This document shows positions 1 through 13,055 of a DNA stretch of 64,000 nt, in pieces. A program made the translations under genes and the position numbers. The notes under the pieces were generated by a model. The model did not search any database. It worked only from the letters and a program-made list of their open reading frames with translations, and was not told where the DNA came from. The stretch's first letter is position 1, and the number at the start of each line of letters is the position of its first letter. The stretch comes from Paramecium tetraurelia (taxonomy: Eukaryota), in the NCBI GenBank assembly GCA_000165425.1, contig CT868207.1:806001-870000 (forward strand), given 5' to 3'.

Positions 1-331
1 TATGTATGATATCTAGAGATCCAAAAAATAGCCAATAACTAGAGTATAGTGTGATTGGAACTAATTTTGCCATTCGCAAGTATATCTTCTATTTTTACTC
101 TTCTGGAGACAACTCTTTCTACTTAAAAATTGGAATGTATTTTTGATTGACCCATAAATTAGGTGCTACATATTTTGTAGGGTAGTATTTTTGCAGAGTA
201 CAAAATCTAGATATTAATTTAATCATAACTTAATTTTAATTTTATATACCAACACTATTAAATTCTATGAAACCTTGTATAATTAAGTAATCAATAGTAT
301 TTTAAGCAGAATATTGATGCATATATTTTGA
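1..331 (+). CDS. 3' part of a hypothetical protein (truncated by window edge)
   Basis: Code-6 frame is open across a 26-nt GTA..TAG intron (137-162) to a TGA near 331. No homology recognised. Confidence 0.4.
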
Positions 332-359
332 TGAATTACATTACTATAATATTTCAAGT

Positions 360-1110
360 TCATATATTTAATATTTGTCTTAATACCATTTTGGCTTTCT
401 CTAATACCAATTTGATATCATTTCTCCTTTTTAATGAATAAGAAATCATTAAAAATAAAATAAATAACAAAATAAATGTTTTTCGACCTATTAGTTTGAA
501 TAGAGGCTATCGTTTATCTTTAGGAATTTCCATATTTGATTATTAATGATGAGGGTCATTAACATGATGATGTTGATGATTGTGTTAATGCATTTAGCCT
601 CTTTTCTGTGATTCTATCAAATGCAATTCATCTTATATTATCTATGGTTTATTTACTAACTTTACCTTTCTTACTTATTCATTATAAATATTTTTAGTTT
701 CTTTTAATGCTTCTTGAATATCTACCAATTCAACCAGGGTCTCTAAGTAATATTATTTGAAAATGATTATTTATTGATCTTAATGCATATCCAATTATTA
801 ATCAAACACATTTGAGAGCTTAATTATTTCTAAAGCCAATTTGTGTTATTTGAAAGTATTAAATAACCTTGCTCTTTACTATATTGAAATTAACTTACAG
901 TTCTATGAGTAATTAAAAGTTTTCCTAAATTTATTATTTATTGTTCATCACTCTTTCAAATGCTTGATCATATAATCCATATTCTAATAAGGCTTACACT
1001 TTCTTTGAAAATTAATCACCTATATTAATTTAGCATTGTAAAGTACTCAAATTTGAATTATCAATTGATTATACATCTTGTCTCAGATTGTTTTAGATTA
1101 ACTCTTACAT
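360..1110 (-). CDS. Hypothetical tail-anchored protein with a His/Gln-rich patch
   Basis: MQELIQNNLRQD...HQHNHQHHHVNDPHH...RKTFILLFILFLMISYSLKRR...LNI*. Two tiny GTA..TAG introns and a single C-terminal hydrophobic segment. Confidence 0.7.
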
Positions 1111-1291
1111 TCTTCTTATAAAAATTAATTACAATTAATATATTGAAATTCTGATTAAAATAATACAAAAATTGTGTTAATCAATTGGGACCATAGTTAT
1201 TACATATACTTAGATATTATGATGTAAATTCTATGTATGATAAAATTAATTATTAAATAATATTCAATTAAAATAAAAAAATTAACGACAT

Positions 1292-2629
1292 ATGAATAAT
1301 GCCGCAGAAAAATTATGTGATATTTTTAATGCTACACTTACTGAACTTGAATCAAATATTATTACAAGCTCTATAAAATATACTTCTCAGCCTTAACGTT
1401 TACTTGAAGTATATCATTTTCATTAATTGCAATTAGGATCTGACATAATCAATCACTGATTTCAAAGCTAAATATTATGAATCATTACACAACTTAATGT
1501 CATTTTTTGGATAGCTCAGTAATGGGCATGATATCATTTTAGCAACTTAATACCTAGAAACACATCTTAAGAAATATAAATAATAATAAATTTTTATTCA
1601 AATGAAGAATATTTTAAATCTTAAATTAAAGGCACTCCTAGAAACATTTCCTAGAGATAATAATCAAAAACTAGAAGTATTTTATCTCAATTGCTATTTA
1701 AGGTATTAAACTAAATCACATCATTAAAAGATTCTTTAATGAAAATTGAATCAACCCTATTTGAATAAAAACAATTACTATCCCCTTCATAATAATATTT
1801 TATTACACCACACCCTAAAAAAGGCTTTATTTAAACATCATCCAAAAATACCTTAACTCCTAATTTAAGTGATGAGGCTGAAATGAGAGGAAAGGGTGTT
1901 TTCATAACCCCAGAAAATAGATAATAACAACCAAGTTAATTTGATCATTCACATTAATAATATTCTTCCACTGAAAGTTATTCTAAAATCTAGAATAAAA
2001 CATTAAATTCATTTGACAAAGAACAATCAGAAAATAAATAAGATTTATTAAGTCCTATGTTTGGATTCTAAGAATAGCCTTGTTAATCGACTTAATTCTT
2101 CCAAGATGACATCATAAATAAATTACTCTATTAAAATTATTTAGACTAAAACGTTGCTGATATCTAAATAGATAATCATTAATAAGGATAAACTCCAAAT
2201 ATTCTTCAATAGTTCTAATAAACCTTTTAAGAAATAGATTCATTGTAAACTACAAGAACAGAATAATAGGATAATCCTTTAGAAAGCGAAAGTTTACAAA
2301 AAATCAGGAATTAATCAGTTGAACCAAATATTAGAGAAAATTCCATATCTCCAAATGGAAAGAGGCTAATTCAAACTTCAAATTCTAAAGAATCCTTTTC
2401 AAGATGTAAATCTACCTTAGACACAACCAATCTGCTTTAAAGATTAAATTAAGTTGAAGTACCAAAAAAAATCAATATTATGAGTAAATCAAATAAGGAA
2501 AATTAATCACAAATTAATTCAAAATAATTGAAATAGAGTAAACCTGTAAGTTTCTAAAAACAAAAAGGTCTTGTAACTACGAAAGCGTAATCATAATAAA
2601 ACTTAATAAAGAAATCAAAATCAAACTGA
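1292..2629 (+). CDS. Hypothetical protein with a helical N-terminus and low-complexity Q/S/N-rich tail
   Basis: MNNAAEKLCDIFNATL... Introns near 1409-1436 and 1677-1702. TGA at 2627-2629. Confidence 0.75.
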
Positions 2630-2664
2630 TATTATTAGTAGTTAATACTATTTTTTATAACAAA

Positions 2665-4206
2665 TCAATAATTATTTCCATAATTTAAAGCTGTTCTAGG
2701 ATATTTATTTTCAATCTATTAATTCTCTTTTGCAAAACTATAATACATTCTTACATTATCCTTTCTTTCAGAAAACAATTATAATTTCTTATTTTCTTTT
2801 GTTCTTGCATAATAACTATGTTCATATTACTATTATTATTATTATTATTATTATTACTATTATTACTATTATTACTATTATTACTATTATTACTATTATT
2901 ACTATTATTATTATTATTATTATTACTAAACTAAAACCATTTGTTATTATGGTAAGCTTTAATATTATTACTATTGTTGATGTTGTTATGTAACAATAAT
3001 TTGCTATTCCTATTAAATAAGTTTATCTTCTAATTACTGTATTCTTTATTCATATTTTTCTAATATTTAATCTTCAACAACTAAAAAATTAATAAATTTT
3101 ATACCTCTCTTATCTGCTATATTATCTGAGTCTCTTTACTTAGTCAATTTTTAAATGTTTTAATATTCCATTAATTCTTCTTTAAGTTTAAAGATTTAAT
3201 TCTTTTTAATCTATAATTATTCTTCCAATTCATCAATTCTATCCTCTAAGGCTTGAACTTTTAAGTTTTATTGTTTTTTTAAAGTACCCACTTTTGCATT
3301 ATCTAATTCTTAAACCAATTATTAAATTTTTCTTTAGCTATTATCTGAGAAGGTTTAATAAATGTTTTATAATTCAGTCAGTTGATTTTAACTAATGTTA
3401 AACTTTTAAAATAAATCTTAGTATTAAATTTAATAATTTTGATCCAAAGATTAATATCTCTAACTCCAAAGCATTATCTATTCTTTATATTATTATAATT
3501 ATTATTGTAATCCTTCTATTTCATGTTTGAATTAATCAATTTCCTTACATTTATTATTAAATTTTTCATTAACATCTTATTCTACTTTACCTTTTGTGTC
3601 TTAAAAAGCTTTTTCAAATTGTTTTATTACATCTTTTTAGTCATGAATTTCTTATTATTGGGTTTCTATAATTTTGATTAATTTCTAATTTTCATCTATT
3701 AAATGAGCCATTTTTTCAGATGACTGATTTTAATATGAGTTGTTCTCTCTAACATCTTTCAATTTTTAATCTTTCTATTCCAATTAAAGTTGCATTTATT
3801 AAATTTCTGAGAACAAATTGTTAATCTTTTCCTACAATGTAAAATTGCTATCTTATAGCATATGATTTTAAGTGTTGACTATTTAAAAACTTTCATGATG
3901 TTCTTCCTCTAAAACATTAATTTTATCTTTCAATTATCTATTTTCTAATATAGCCATTTGGAGTTAGGTTGATAACTCTTTAATCACTTCTCTATATGTT
4001 TCTGGATCAGTGTCTGTTATTTTAGAGTCCTCATTTTCATTATATTCTTAAATTCGAGACAACTATCGAGGAGTAGCTCCTTATCTGGGAGTCACGTGAT
4101 AGGATGAAAAACTAGTATTCTAAGCATCCTCATTAATGGTTGATGTAAAGACATTGGATGTATTTATTGGGGTGAAACTAGAACCTTAAATTCTTGGAGA
4201 AATCAT
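2665..4206 (-). CDS. Coiled-coil protein with a 34-residue polyglutamine tract
   Basis: MISPRIQGSSFTP... followed by E/K/Q-rich heptads. One intron at about 3081-3104, then VVEDQILEKYEQRIQQ..., poly-Q, ...NYGNNY*. Confidence 0.8.
2827..2928 (-). repeat. (TAA/TAG)34 trinucleotide repeat encoding polyQ
   Basis: 102 nt of tta/cta triplets on the + strand, in frame with the minus-strand CDS. Confidence 0.9.
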
Positions 4207-4311
4207 TCCGTTATAAATTTATTAATAAATATATATAAATTCCCTTATATTTCATAAAGTGTCTTAGAAGAACGTCGTTTACATTATTTTGCAATAAAAA
4301 TATTAATGTAA

Positions 4312-5142
4312 TCATTATTTTAATTAAATCAATTGAGAATTATTTTTCTAGTTCTTGTCAAAAATAATTTCAATTTTTGAATCTGTAGCCATAATTTTTG
4401 GGTTATCTTCTAATTCATCATTTTGCAATATAGAATAAGAAAAGAGGTAAAATTCTTTGTGATTTTCTTTTTCTTGACAACTGCTTTGAACCTAAAGAGT
4501 TAATCTTTTAGGTTGGTCTAAGAATTTTATTTCTGCTTATCTTTCCAGAACCTGAGTTGAAGAATGAGTTAATGTATATTTAATTTAGTCCTTCCAACAA
4601 CCACCATCAGAGTTTTCTACTTTCGCTTCTTCTTTATGAACTTTTTAATAGAAAATTTATAAATACTATTAAACACTAGGTCACGTCCTAAACGGAATAG
4701 TTATGTTTTCAGTTGTTAGTTTTCATATTCTAACTCTATCCTTCTTTATTGTAACTATAATAATTCTTTGTTTCCATCCTCTATTTACATCTCTATAATT
4801 TAATAATAATACAATATAATTTACAAATGTTTTTGCATTTAAGTGTAATTCTTTATATTATAAGTTTGTTCAAATAGATTATCAGATAGCAATACTTGAC
4901 TAATACTATTTTTAAATTTTGATCAACTACAAGATAATTGTTAAGATTGTATAAAATATAATTTTCCTTTAGTTTTATCCTACTCAATAATCAATCAAAA
5001 ATCCAATTTAAAAATCTTCTTAAGTCTGAACCATACCCCAGAAAGTATTAATGATAGAAACAGTTTTGGGGTCTTAAGTATATAGAGAATTGTTAAGTGG
5101 GCTATTTTTTATGATTTTGGAAACATCAGTTATATTTTGCAT
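4312..5142 (-). CDS. Hypothetical protein
   Basis: MQNITDVSKIIKNSPL... and an open C-terminal frame ...ENHKEFYLFSYSILQNDE...IQLKQ*. Internal exon structure not fully resolved. Confidence 0.55.
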
Positions 5143-5297
5143 TATTTATACAAATATTTTATTTAAGAAAGATTGCCACTGAAATTAATGATAATTAAAA
5201 AAATGATGTATTAACTGCTTTCATTTGCTACGCATTAATATGATTTTCAATTTATATCGTTTTATATTTCAAATCTATAAATTACAAGTCATTATTA

Positions 5298-5618
5298 ATG
5301 ATTACTTATTCTCCGAATTTCAAGTTGAACCCTATGACACCATTAAGTGTTCATCATAAATTATCTCTAATTGAGGATGAACCTGATGACCTTGATTTAG
5401 AATAGGGATACTCAAAAATATAATTCAATGAAAAGCTGATTGTTTGTATGTACAAACCAAATCAAAATGTTACCAACATCCAAAAAACACTTTTGAAATT
5501 GAAAGGATAATAAAATATTGGGTGGGTTAATCCAATTTTAAATGATGAAAAAGTAAGATCAAGCTCAATCCTAAAAAGTTCTCAATCACCAATAAGAATT
5601 TGCTCTGTATCCTAATGA
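5298..5618 (+). CDS. Small hypothetical protein (106 aa) with an RVxF-like motif (KIQF)
   Basis: Intronless code-6 ORF MITYSPNFKLNPMTPLS...SKIQFNEKLIVCMYKP...SVSQ*. Confidence 0.75.
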
Positions 5619-5727
5619 CTATAACTATATATATTTTATTATTTAACAAATATCAATACAATTATAGTTTATATTACTGAGAAAAATAAGTTTTACTATG
5701 CTATAGTATTATTAATTAATATAATTA

Positions 5728-6030
5728 ATGTAGAGTTAATTCTTTCAAACCTATTTTAGAGGATTAATTGAACGCTGCGTTAGTGTAACAATCGAATTAA
5801 AAAATGGATTACAAATACAGGGATAAATCACTTATGTTGATGATAACTTAAATTTTAACTTAGTTGATCCTGAAGTGTCTGATCCTCTCAAATAACCATA
5901 ATTAATGACTTTAAGAAATAGTTTCATTCGAGGATCGACAGTTAAATATGTACATATTCCATAAGAAGAATTGTAAGAAGAAGTGTTGATATCTGCTTGC
6001 AAAAATGAAGTCAAAAAATAAAAATAATGA
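5728..6030 (+). CDS. LSM2: U6 snRNA-associated Sm-like protein LSm2
   Basis: FFQTYFRGLIERCVSVTIELKNGLQIQG..YVDDNLNFNL..VSDP..PQLMTLRNSFIRGSTVKYVHIP matches the LSm2 Sm1/Sm2 motifs. Confidence 0.9.
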
Positions 6031-6059
6031 GCTTATGTTTAGCAATATTATTTAATAAA

Positions 6060-6973
6060 ATGAATCAAAATAAAACTTTTCCCATTCAGCTTTGTATTAC
6101 ATGTTGTAAAAATGCTGTTACCATTGTTATTTATGTAATGATCAATTAGATCAGCAGGTTGTTAATCATGATTAATTTCAATTAAACTATATATGATTCC
6201 TTGATGCCAATCGATATGCTTTTTCATGAAGACTCTTAAAATTAAATTTACCATCAAATAATTAATATGTTCAAATTGCTATTAATAAGGATGTGTTGAT
6301 ATGTGTAATTTTTAATTTCAATACATTAATCCTCTTCTGACATAGAATCAATTTCTAAAGCAATCCTGCAGAATTTGAATATCTATGAGACCTTTTAATG
6401 TGTAACAACAAAGATTTTCAATGCTCAAAAAGTATACCATATATTCAAATATCTTATGTTTATATTGATATATTTGATCAGTCATATGTGTATATGTGTT
6501 AGTGGCAATAAAATTCGCTTTAGAATCCTTACTTCTTAATTCCAAGGCTATATTAAACTTATTGCATAGTATATTCATAAAGATAAGTGGGTAGATTTGT
6601 AGTCAATAATTTAGAACAATTTGATTATAAGATTATATTTTGGATTGACTTAAATAAGATTTTGAATTAAGTTTCAAACTGGATAATTATCTCTCTTAAA
6701 AAGAATAGCTTGCTTATTTCCTTGATGTAATAACTTGTTAGTTGTATTTGTTAAACACAATTTTGTCACGTCAAAAAAAGTAAATTTATTAAATCAAACA
6801 ATTAAAAGGTAATGAAAATTTAGTAACTAAACATATGTAAATGGTATTCAAAAGGTTAAAAATTTAGCATTTTAAATATGGTTAATGTAGGTGTTCTAAA
6901 AGAATCAGAGAAATATTCTTATCTTAAAGGGGAATTTATGAGTATTAGGGGTGCAACAATAAGGGGGAAGTGA
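6060..6973 (+). pseudogene. Possible decayed gene
   Basis: ATG at 6060, in-frame TGAs at 6297 and 6663, an intron-like GTA..AAG near 6780-6808. No intact ORF and no homology recognised. Confidence 0.25.
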
Positions 6974-7090
6974 TGGGTAATTTTATATTAATGGCTTTTT
7001 TTGATTTATTATGGAGAGAATTTTAGAAGTTATTTGATTAAAATAATATTAATTTATATATTATAAATAAATAATAAAATTATTTGAAAT

Positions 7091-7279
7091 ATGCTTTGTG
7101 CTATTTGTTCCGATGCTGCCACAAAATATTATAATAGAAAAGCTAATATTTTATTATGTAAAAATACAACTTGTTATTTCTAATTTCAAAAGATTACTTA
7201 AAACTAATATACATATTAAGATTTTGAGGAGATGGATAATCATAAAGAATTTTTAGTGGGTCGTAAAAAATAAGAATGA
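7091..7279 (+). CDS. 62-aa micro-protein resembling a HIT-type zinc finger
   Basis: MLCAICSDAATKYYNRKANILLCKNTTCYFQF... gives CxxC...KY...LC(x4)CY. Flanked by AT-rich spacers. Confidence 0.6.
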
Positions 7280-7315
7280 ATTATAAAATAAATAATTAAA
7301 TAATATATATAACTT

Positions 7316-8079
7316 ATGTAAGGTGCTAGGTTTGTAGAAACCAATTTGGTTTAGAAGATGCTCCGTAATCAAAATTATGAATTTCATAAAAAGAAATTGG
7401 ATCAAATTTAAACTGAGTAATAAGTTCATTCTTAAAATTTAGCAAAAAGCCAAGATATGCTTTCAAAGATTTGCCAGTACTAAGTAAAACATAACAATTA
7501 AAAGTACAATCATCTAGATTTCAGAAATCTGAGTAAAGAAAGCGAATTGATGAATAAAACTAATTTTTAACTTCGCATATCATAGAAATTCAAGAAGGCA
7601 AAAACTCACAATTCAGATCTATCTGGACTGTTCAAAATTTAAGATAGAAAGCCTATGTAAGTTGAATTGCTTAGCTTTAAGGCAGACACTTCAATATGGA
7701 GTGAGAATGCTTTGGGAAAGAGGTTGCATTCCCCTTTGAGAAGAAAATAATAATAAAAAATAGATGAAGAAAATTAAGAACTCTAAAAGAGATTAGAACT
7801 TACAAAACAAATCCTATTAGAAAAATAATAAGAGTAAATACAAAAATATGAAAAATTACGTGATCATATGACCAGAGTAAGAATAATTTAATTAATCAGA
7901 TTAAACCTAAATGTCAAAGTTCTTCAATGTTGAAAACACAATTTCCATCTGTCAAAAGTAAAAGCACTACTTAACTGCTTAATAAACAATATCAATCTGA
8001 ATCAATCATACATCATAGTAGGATGAATGACTTGTTAAAATCGGAAATAAACATCAGCAAGATATCAAAATTAGAATGA
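7316..8079 (+). CDS. CFAP97/KIAA1430 (Hemingway)-domain-like protein
   Basis: NYEFHKKKLDQI... and LHSPLRRKQQQKIDEENQELQKRL resemble the family motifs. Contains tiny introns. Confidence 0.55.
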
Positions 8080-8120
8080 ATTTGATTATCATTTATTAAT
8101 ATAATTTATTAATCTACAAG

Positions 8121-11100
8121 ATGAGTGGATTTACACATTACAAAATAGAGACTACAGATTCAAGAATCGATGCTTATCCACCTTAGAGAAATTATCAATA
8201 CCAACAATACACAAATTCACAATTAAGGTAAATTTCAATATTGATTTATCAAGGACTGAAGATTACAGAATACAAACCAATTCCATCCCTTAGGAATAAA
8301 TAACTATAACTGATTAAGCATCTTTTTAGAAGATTATCGAGGCTAAAGATAGAGGTAACAAAATCGTTAATTTTAGAAATTGCAAATTTAAGGGAAAGTG
8401 TAAATTCCTTAAACAACTAGATATCTGATTATTTGAAAGAATTGGATTAATGGAAATATAAGTATAAACAATTGCAAGCTGAAAAAGGGTCTAGTCGTGT
8501 TACTACTGTTTACTAAGGAAATGATTTTGAAATTAATTAATACAAGGAAGAGATAATTAAACTTAGATAAGAAAATAATGAATATAAGTTTAGACTAGAG
8601 CGCAATACAGGAATTTCTTCAAATGACTATGAAGTCAATTAATTGAAGATGCAAATTAAACAGTTAGAAGACCAAGTCAAGAAGAATTCTTATGTCTCCT
8701 ATAATCCAAGTTAAGAAATCAATGAATTGAAGGATTAACTTAAATAATTAACTTTAAAAAGGAGGATCTCATTAAAGCCAAGAACTTATTACATTAATAA
8801 TACTAATCATCATAAATACAAATACAATAAAGTAGCTCTAAAATATCGTTTGGTTAAGATTTAGATTAATTTAGAAGTGAAAGAGAGGACTACAAAAGAA
8901 AAATCAAATTACTAGAAGACAAAATTCAAGATCAATAATAAGAAATTTAAAGATTAAATTTTAATTGTGATTCCTACATTTAAGAAATCCAATAATCATC
9001 TATGAGATAAACGAGTAAAAATCAAAATGCTGAAATTGAAGGGTATTTAAAAAGAATTTCTGCATTATAACATGAAGTCTTGGTTTGGTAGGATCGTTAC
9101 AAAGCAACATAAACTTAGGAATAGGTGTTTGCAATTGAACAAAAAGTTACTTAAAAAGATAATTAAATAGCATTTTTGTAAGAAAGAATTAGGCAATTTG
9201 AATTACAAGTTGATTAATTAAAATTAGAGGTAGATAAATCCAAAAGAGAAATAAATGGATATAGAATTAGTTTTGAAAGCAGAAAATCAGACACTTAAGA
9301 AGTAGATGCTTTAAAAAGGAAAATTACAGAGATGGAACAAGACATTTAAATTTTAATATAAGATTTAAATGAAAGAGATTAAAGGATCAGTACTACCTAA
9401 AATGAATATCAAGAGGAAATTAGAATGCTGAGAAATTAATAACAATCTTAATATTAATAAGAATTCAAACTATTGAAAGAAGAGAAAGAAAAATATCAAT
9501 AAGATTATGAGCGATTATCAAATGAATATATGATATTTTAGAGATAAAGTGATTAATATAAAAACAATTCTTTCGAACTTGATTCATTGCGAAAAAGGAT
9601 AATTGAGTTAGAATAAGAATTGAGAAATGCAAGTTATTAATATTAAACCCTCTAAAATTAGAATTCTTAATTACAAGTTTAAATTTAAAATCAATAATCA
9701 TCATAATAAAATTCATATTAATTGTTAAGTATAAAAGAGGAATATTCAACCTTATAAAATTAATATAAGATGATTTAATCTGAAATCTAAACTTACAAGG
9801 ATCTAATAAAGAGATATTAAACTGAATAAGAATAATTATACTAAGAAAATTAATAATTAAAATCTTAAAAATTGTAAATTGAGAAAAATTCTTATTAATA
9901 CACAAGTATTTAGAATGAATATTAAACATTATAAGATCGATGTAGTTGGTAATAGAATGAGATCTAATAGTTGAATGAATAAATTAGAAAATATAGAAAT
10001 GATTACGAATCTTTAAACTAAAACTTCTTACTATTAGAGAGAGAAAGTGAAATCAAATATTCATAATAGAATAATAACGAAGTAGAGGTGTTGAAGTAAA
10101 GAATTAATCAATATGAACAAAGAATTTTCTAATATGAAACACAAATATAATAATATAAAATTTAACTTCAAAATCAAGAAGCCCAATTTGAATAGTCTTT
10201 TAAGGAGAGACTCAGAATCGAGATGCAATTTACTGAGTAGAAGGTTAATTAGTAAGGACAATTCGAATTATAATAATTACAATAATAGTATAAATAATTG
10301 CAAATTTAGTATGATCAATTACAGATAAAATATTAGGAATCTAGTACTGAATTGAGATCAGCTAAGGAACAGGTGATTAGACAAAGTCAATTTGAGAGTT
10401 AGAGTTTAAGAGATCAAATGTAGCAATTAAGATAAATTAACTTGCAATTAAATTAAGAGATTTCGAGCTTAAAGGAGCTTAATTTGAAATATAAAAGTGA
10501 CTATGAATAAATCAATTAAAGATTTGTTATTATTTAAAGAGAAAGTGAGACTTTCAAAGGCAACTCCATAGAAATAGATCGATTGAGTAGTAGATTAAAG
10601 GAGGCAGATTATGAATTACAAGCAAAAAATTAGTAAATCAACAAATTACAATTGGAATTGAGAAATTTAGATATGTAAATACGGGATGAATTAGAATCAC
10701 AGTTCATCTCAAGATTAACCATTGAAAGATAGAATTTAGAGGATAGATTACAGTAATAAAGTATTCAAGAGATCTAATAACTAACTTATCAATTGTAATA
10801 AACATAAATGGAGTTAAATCAGTATAGATCGAAGTATTAGTAATTAGAACAATAATACAATTCAACAAAGATTGAAATAACCTAGATTAGATCTCAATCA
10901 TCAAATATTAGTAATGAATAAGTAAAGAGATTGTAATTAAGAGTCACAGAATTAGAACATGAAATATAGACATTAAATATTGAGATTGAGAGGTAGAAAA
11001 ACATAAGATAAGAATAGGAGAATAAAATCTAAATTCTAATTACAAATATCACTGATTATGAATCACGTTTGCATATTTTAGAATAAGAAAATGCTAGATT

Positions 11101-11475
11101 GGACAATAAAGTCAAAAAATAGATTTTTACTGAGAAACAAAATGATTAATTAGTTGTGAATTAATTAATAGGACAATAAAGTTCAGGTATTAAGAAGACC
11201 AATGTCTAAATTGTAACGAGATAATCTGGAATAAATTAAGTTTCTTAGATTCCTACATCTTACAATTAATATGTTGATAGGATCTAATCTTCAAATGAAA
11301 TCAAGTAGTCTTAAGTATCCCAAAGAATACAAAGTCCTCAGCCTTATGTGTAAAACTATTAGAGTCCTGATAGAAAGTAATTTATTAATTATATTAAATT
11401 AGTTATTAGACCTAGAAAATCATGACTACTAAAAGTGTGAAATAAGCTATAATGTCATCAGCAAATTAAGGATGA
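8121..11475 (+). CDS. Large (~1100 aa) coiled-coil protein, probably cytoskeletal, with an apparent frame change near 8753
   Basis: Long E/Q/K/L-rich heptad frame with three canonical tiny introns. The frame switches by -1 somewhere between 8726 and about 9003. Confidence 0.75.
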
Positions 11476-11490
11476 TAATATTTATATAAA

Positions 11491-11985
11491 TCATAGTTAT
11501 TTTTAATAAAATGATTTTCTAAAACTAAATGGTTCGCTGTTTTTGGACTTAAGTAAGATATTTGGATTACACTTATTAAGTGTAAAGAAAGAATAAAATG
11601 AATCTGTAGTCGATTGAGTTTTAGTCTTTAATCCATCTGATCTATTTGAGTTAGGAGGTTCAGTTTATAGGAATGTACAAAATTGTTTATTTCTTGGCAA
11701 TTTTAGTGATGATTTTACTAATTATTTATTAGTGATTTCTCTATTAGATGATAAATTAGGTCTTTTAATCAAACGACCTAAACTATTTCTTTCGTGTATA
11801 AAGGGAACAAAGACATCCTGATTTTTTATTAAGTAATTGATTGGATGTGTAGGTTAATTTAAACTGTCTTAAATCAATCCTCTTCTAAATGTCTTATTCT
11901 ATTGATTAGTAGTTTTTCTGAGAAGATGAGATTTACGATAGTAGATTGTTTCATTTCTTAAAATATCATTAATCTGCGAACTCAT
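11491..11985 (-). CDS. Hypothetical basic protein (164 aa)
   Basis: Intronless code-6 ORF MSSQINDILRNETIYYRK...FYQKQL*. Confidence 0.7.
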
Positions 11986-12097
11986 AAATTTTAATTAATT
12001 TAGTTAAGTTTATTTTGACTTGACAATCAAATTAGAAATTCGACGAAAATGGTAGAGTTTTCTTTATACATAATAATAATAGATGATAAGTATGAAA

Positions 12098-13025
12098 TCA
12101 TTTTATTGCATTCTTAGATGCCTATTTACTCTCTTAACTGTTACTCCTATAACTGAGTTAAACCTCGGTTTTTAAATGTGAATATGACATTGGACTAAAG
12201 GATAATAATTGAAGAGATACCATGGTTATCGAATGAAGACTGGCTATTTAATGGCCTTAGTGTCAGCATAGTTAGTCACTGATATCTTGCGAATTGGGAT
12301 TCTTTCTGGGGAGTTTTTATAACTATTGAGTTGAGATTCTTATATTAATGATACTTACTATTTGCTGCACACTTTTCTTCATTAAATTGACTGGCTTTAC
12401 GTTGATGTGTATAATTGGTTTAATTCAACTTGTTGAGGTGGTATGCAGTATCATAATCTTCATGGATTGGCTCAGTAATTAGTTTAGTATGTCTTTATTA
12501 GTTCTAATTGATTGCTTTACGAAGTTCACTTTAATAGATTACGATATCTTTGTTTTTCTATTTGATTTATTATTCATATTCTTTTATCTATTGAGTTTAT
12601 TACTCTCTTTCTATTACAAAATCATCAATTTTAGATTAGAGTGTTTCAGTATAGATTCTTAATTGTTATTCGATTCGAATATGTTAACGAACATCAGCTT
12701 CTAGCTTCTAAATCAAAGTTTCATATTGGGTCTGAGATTCAATTTATTGTGTTCTTTCTTCTAATTCTACCTTGGTTTTAATTAGATAGATGACTATTTA
12801 TTTGAAGTAATTCATGATGATGATACTATCAACTTAACTGAGTGTTTATTTGTCATCGTCAATAGGAATGACTTTGGACAAATAATCTTTGGAAGATTTG
12901 TCCAATTTCTAGGTGATTTCTACAAACATGTCTAAAATGGTGTTTGAGTGTTATGAATATTTCTTAACATTTCTAAAAGATTCTGTCATTTATTTGAAGT
13001 TAAAATAGTTCTCTTTGCTGTCCAT
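12098..13025 (-). CDS. Coiled-coil protein of a ciliate-expanded family
   Basis: Contains YETLIQKLEADVRQHIRIEQQLRIY, followed by a S/Q-rich tail. Confidence 0.75.
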
Positions 13026-13055
13026 TTAACTGATTAATTAATTATTATATAAATA

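Noticed and set aside
2730..2993. Ile/Thr-repeat 'membrane protein' in the ORF track
   Set aside because: It is the antisense shadow of the TAA/TAG polyQ tract on the minus strand.
6291..6302. In-frame Cys-TGA suggesting a selenoprotein
   Set aside because: There is no selenoprotein homology or recognisable SECIS. With TGA as the only stop, long chance ORFs are common.
9465..10261. Hydrophobic minus-strand ORFs (also 42778-43692)
   Set aside because: They are antisense shadows of E/K/Q-rich coiled-coil genes.
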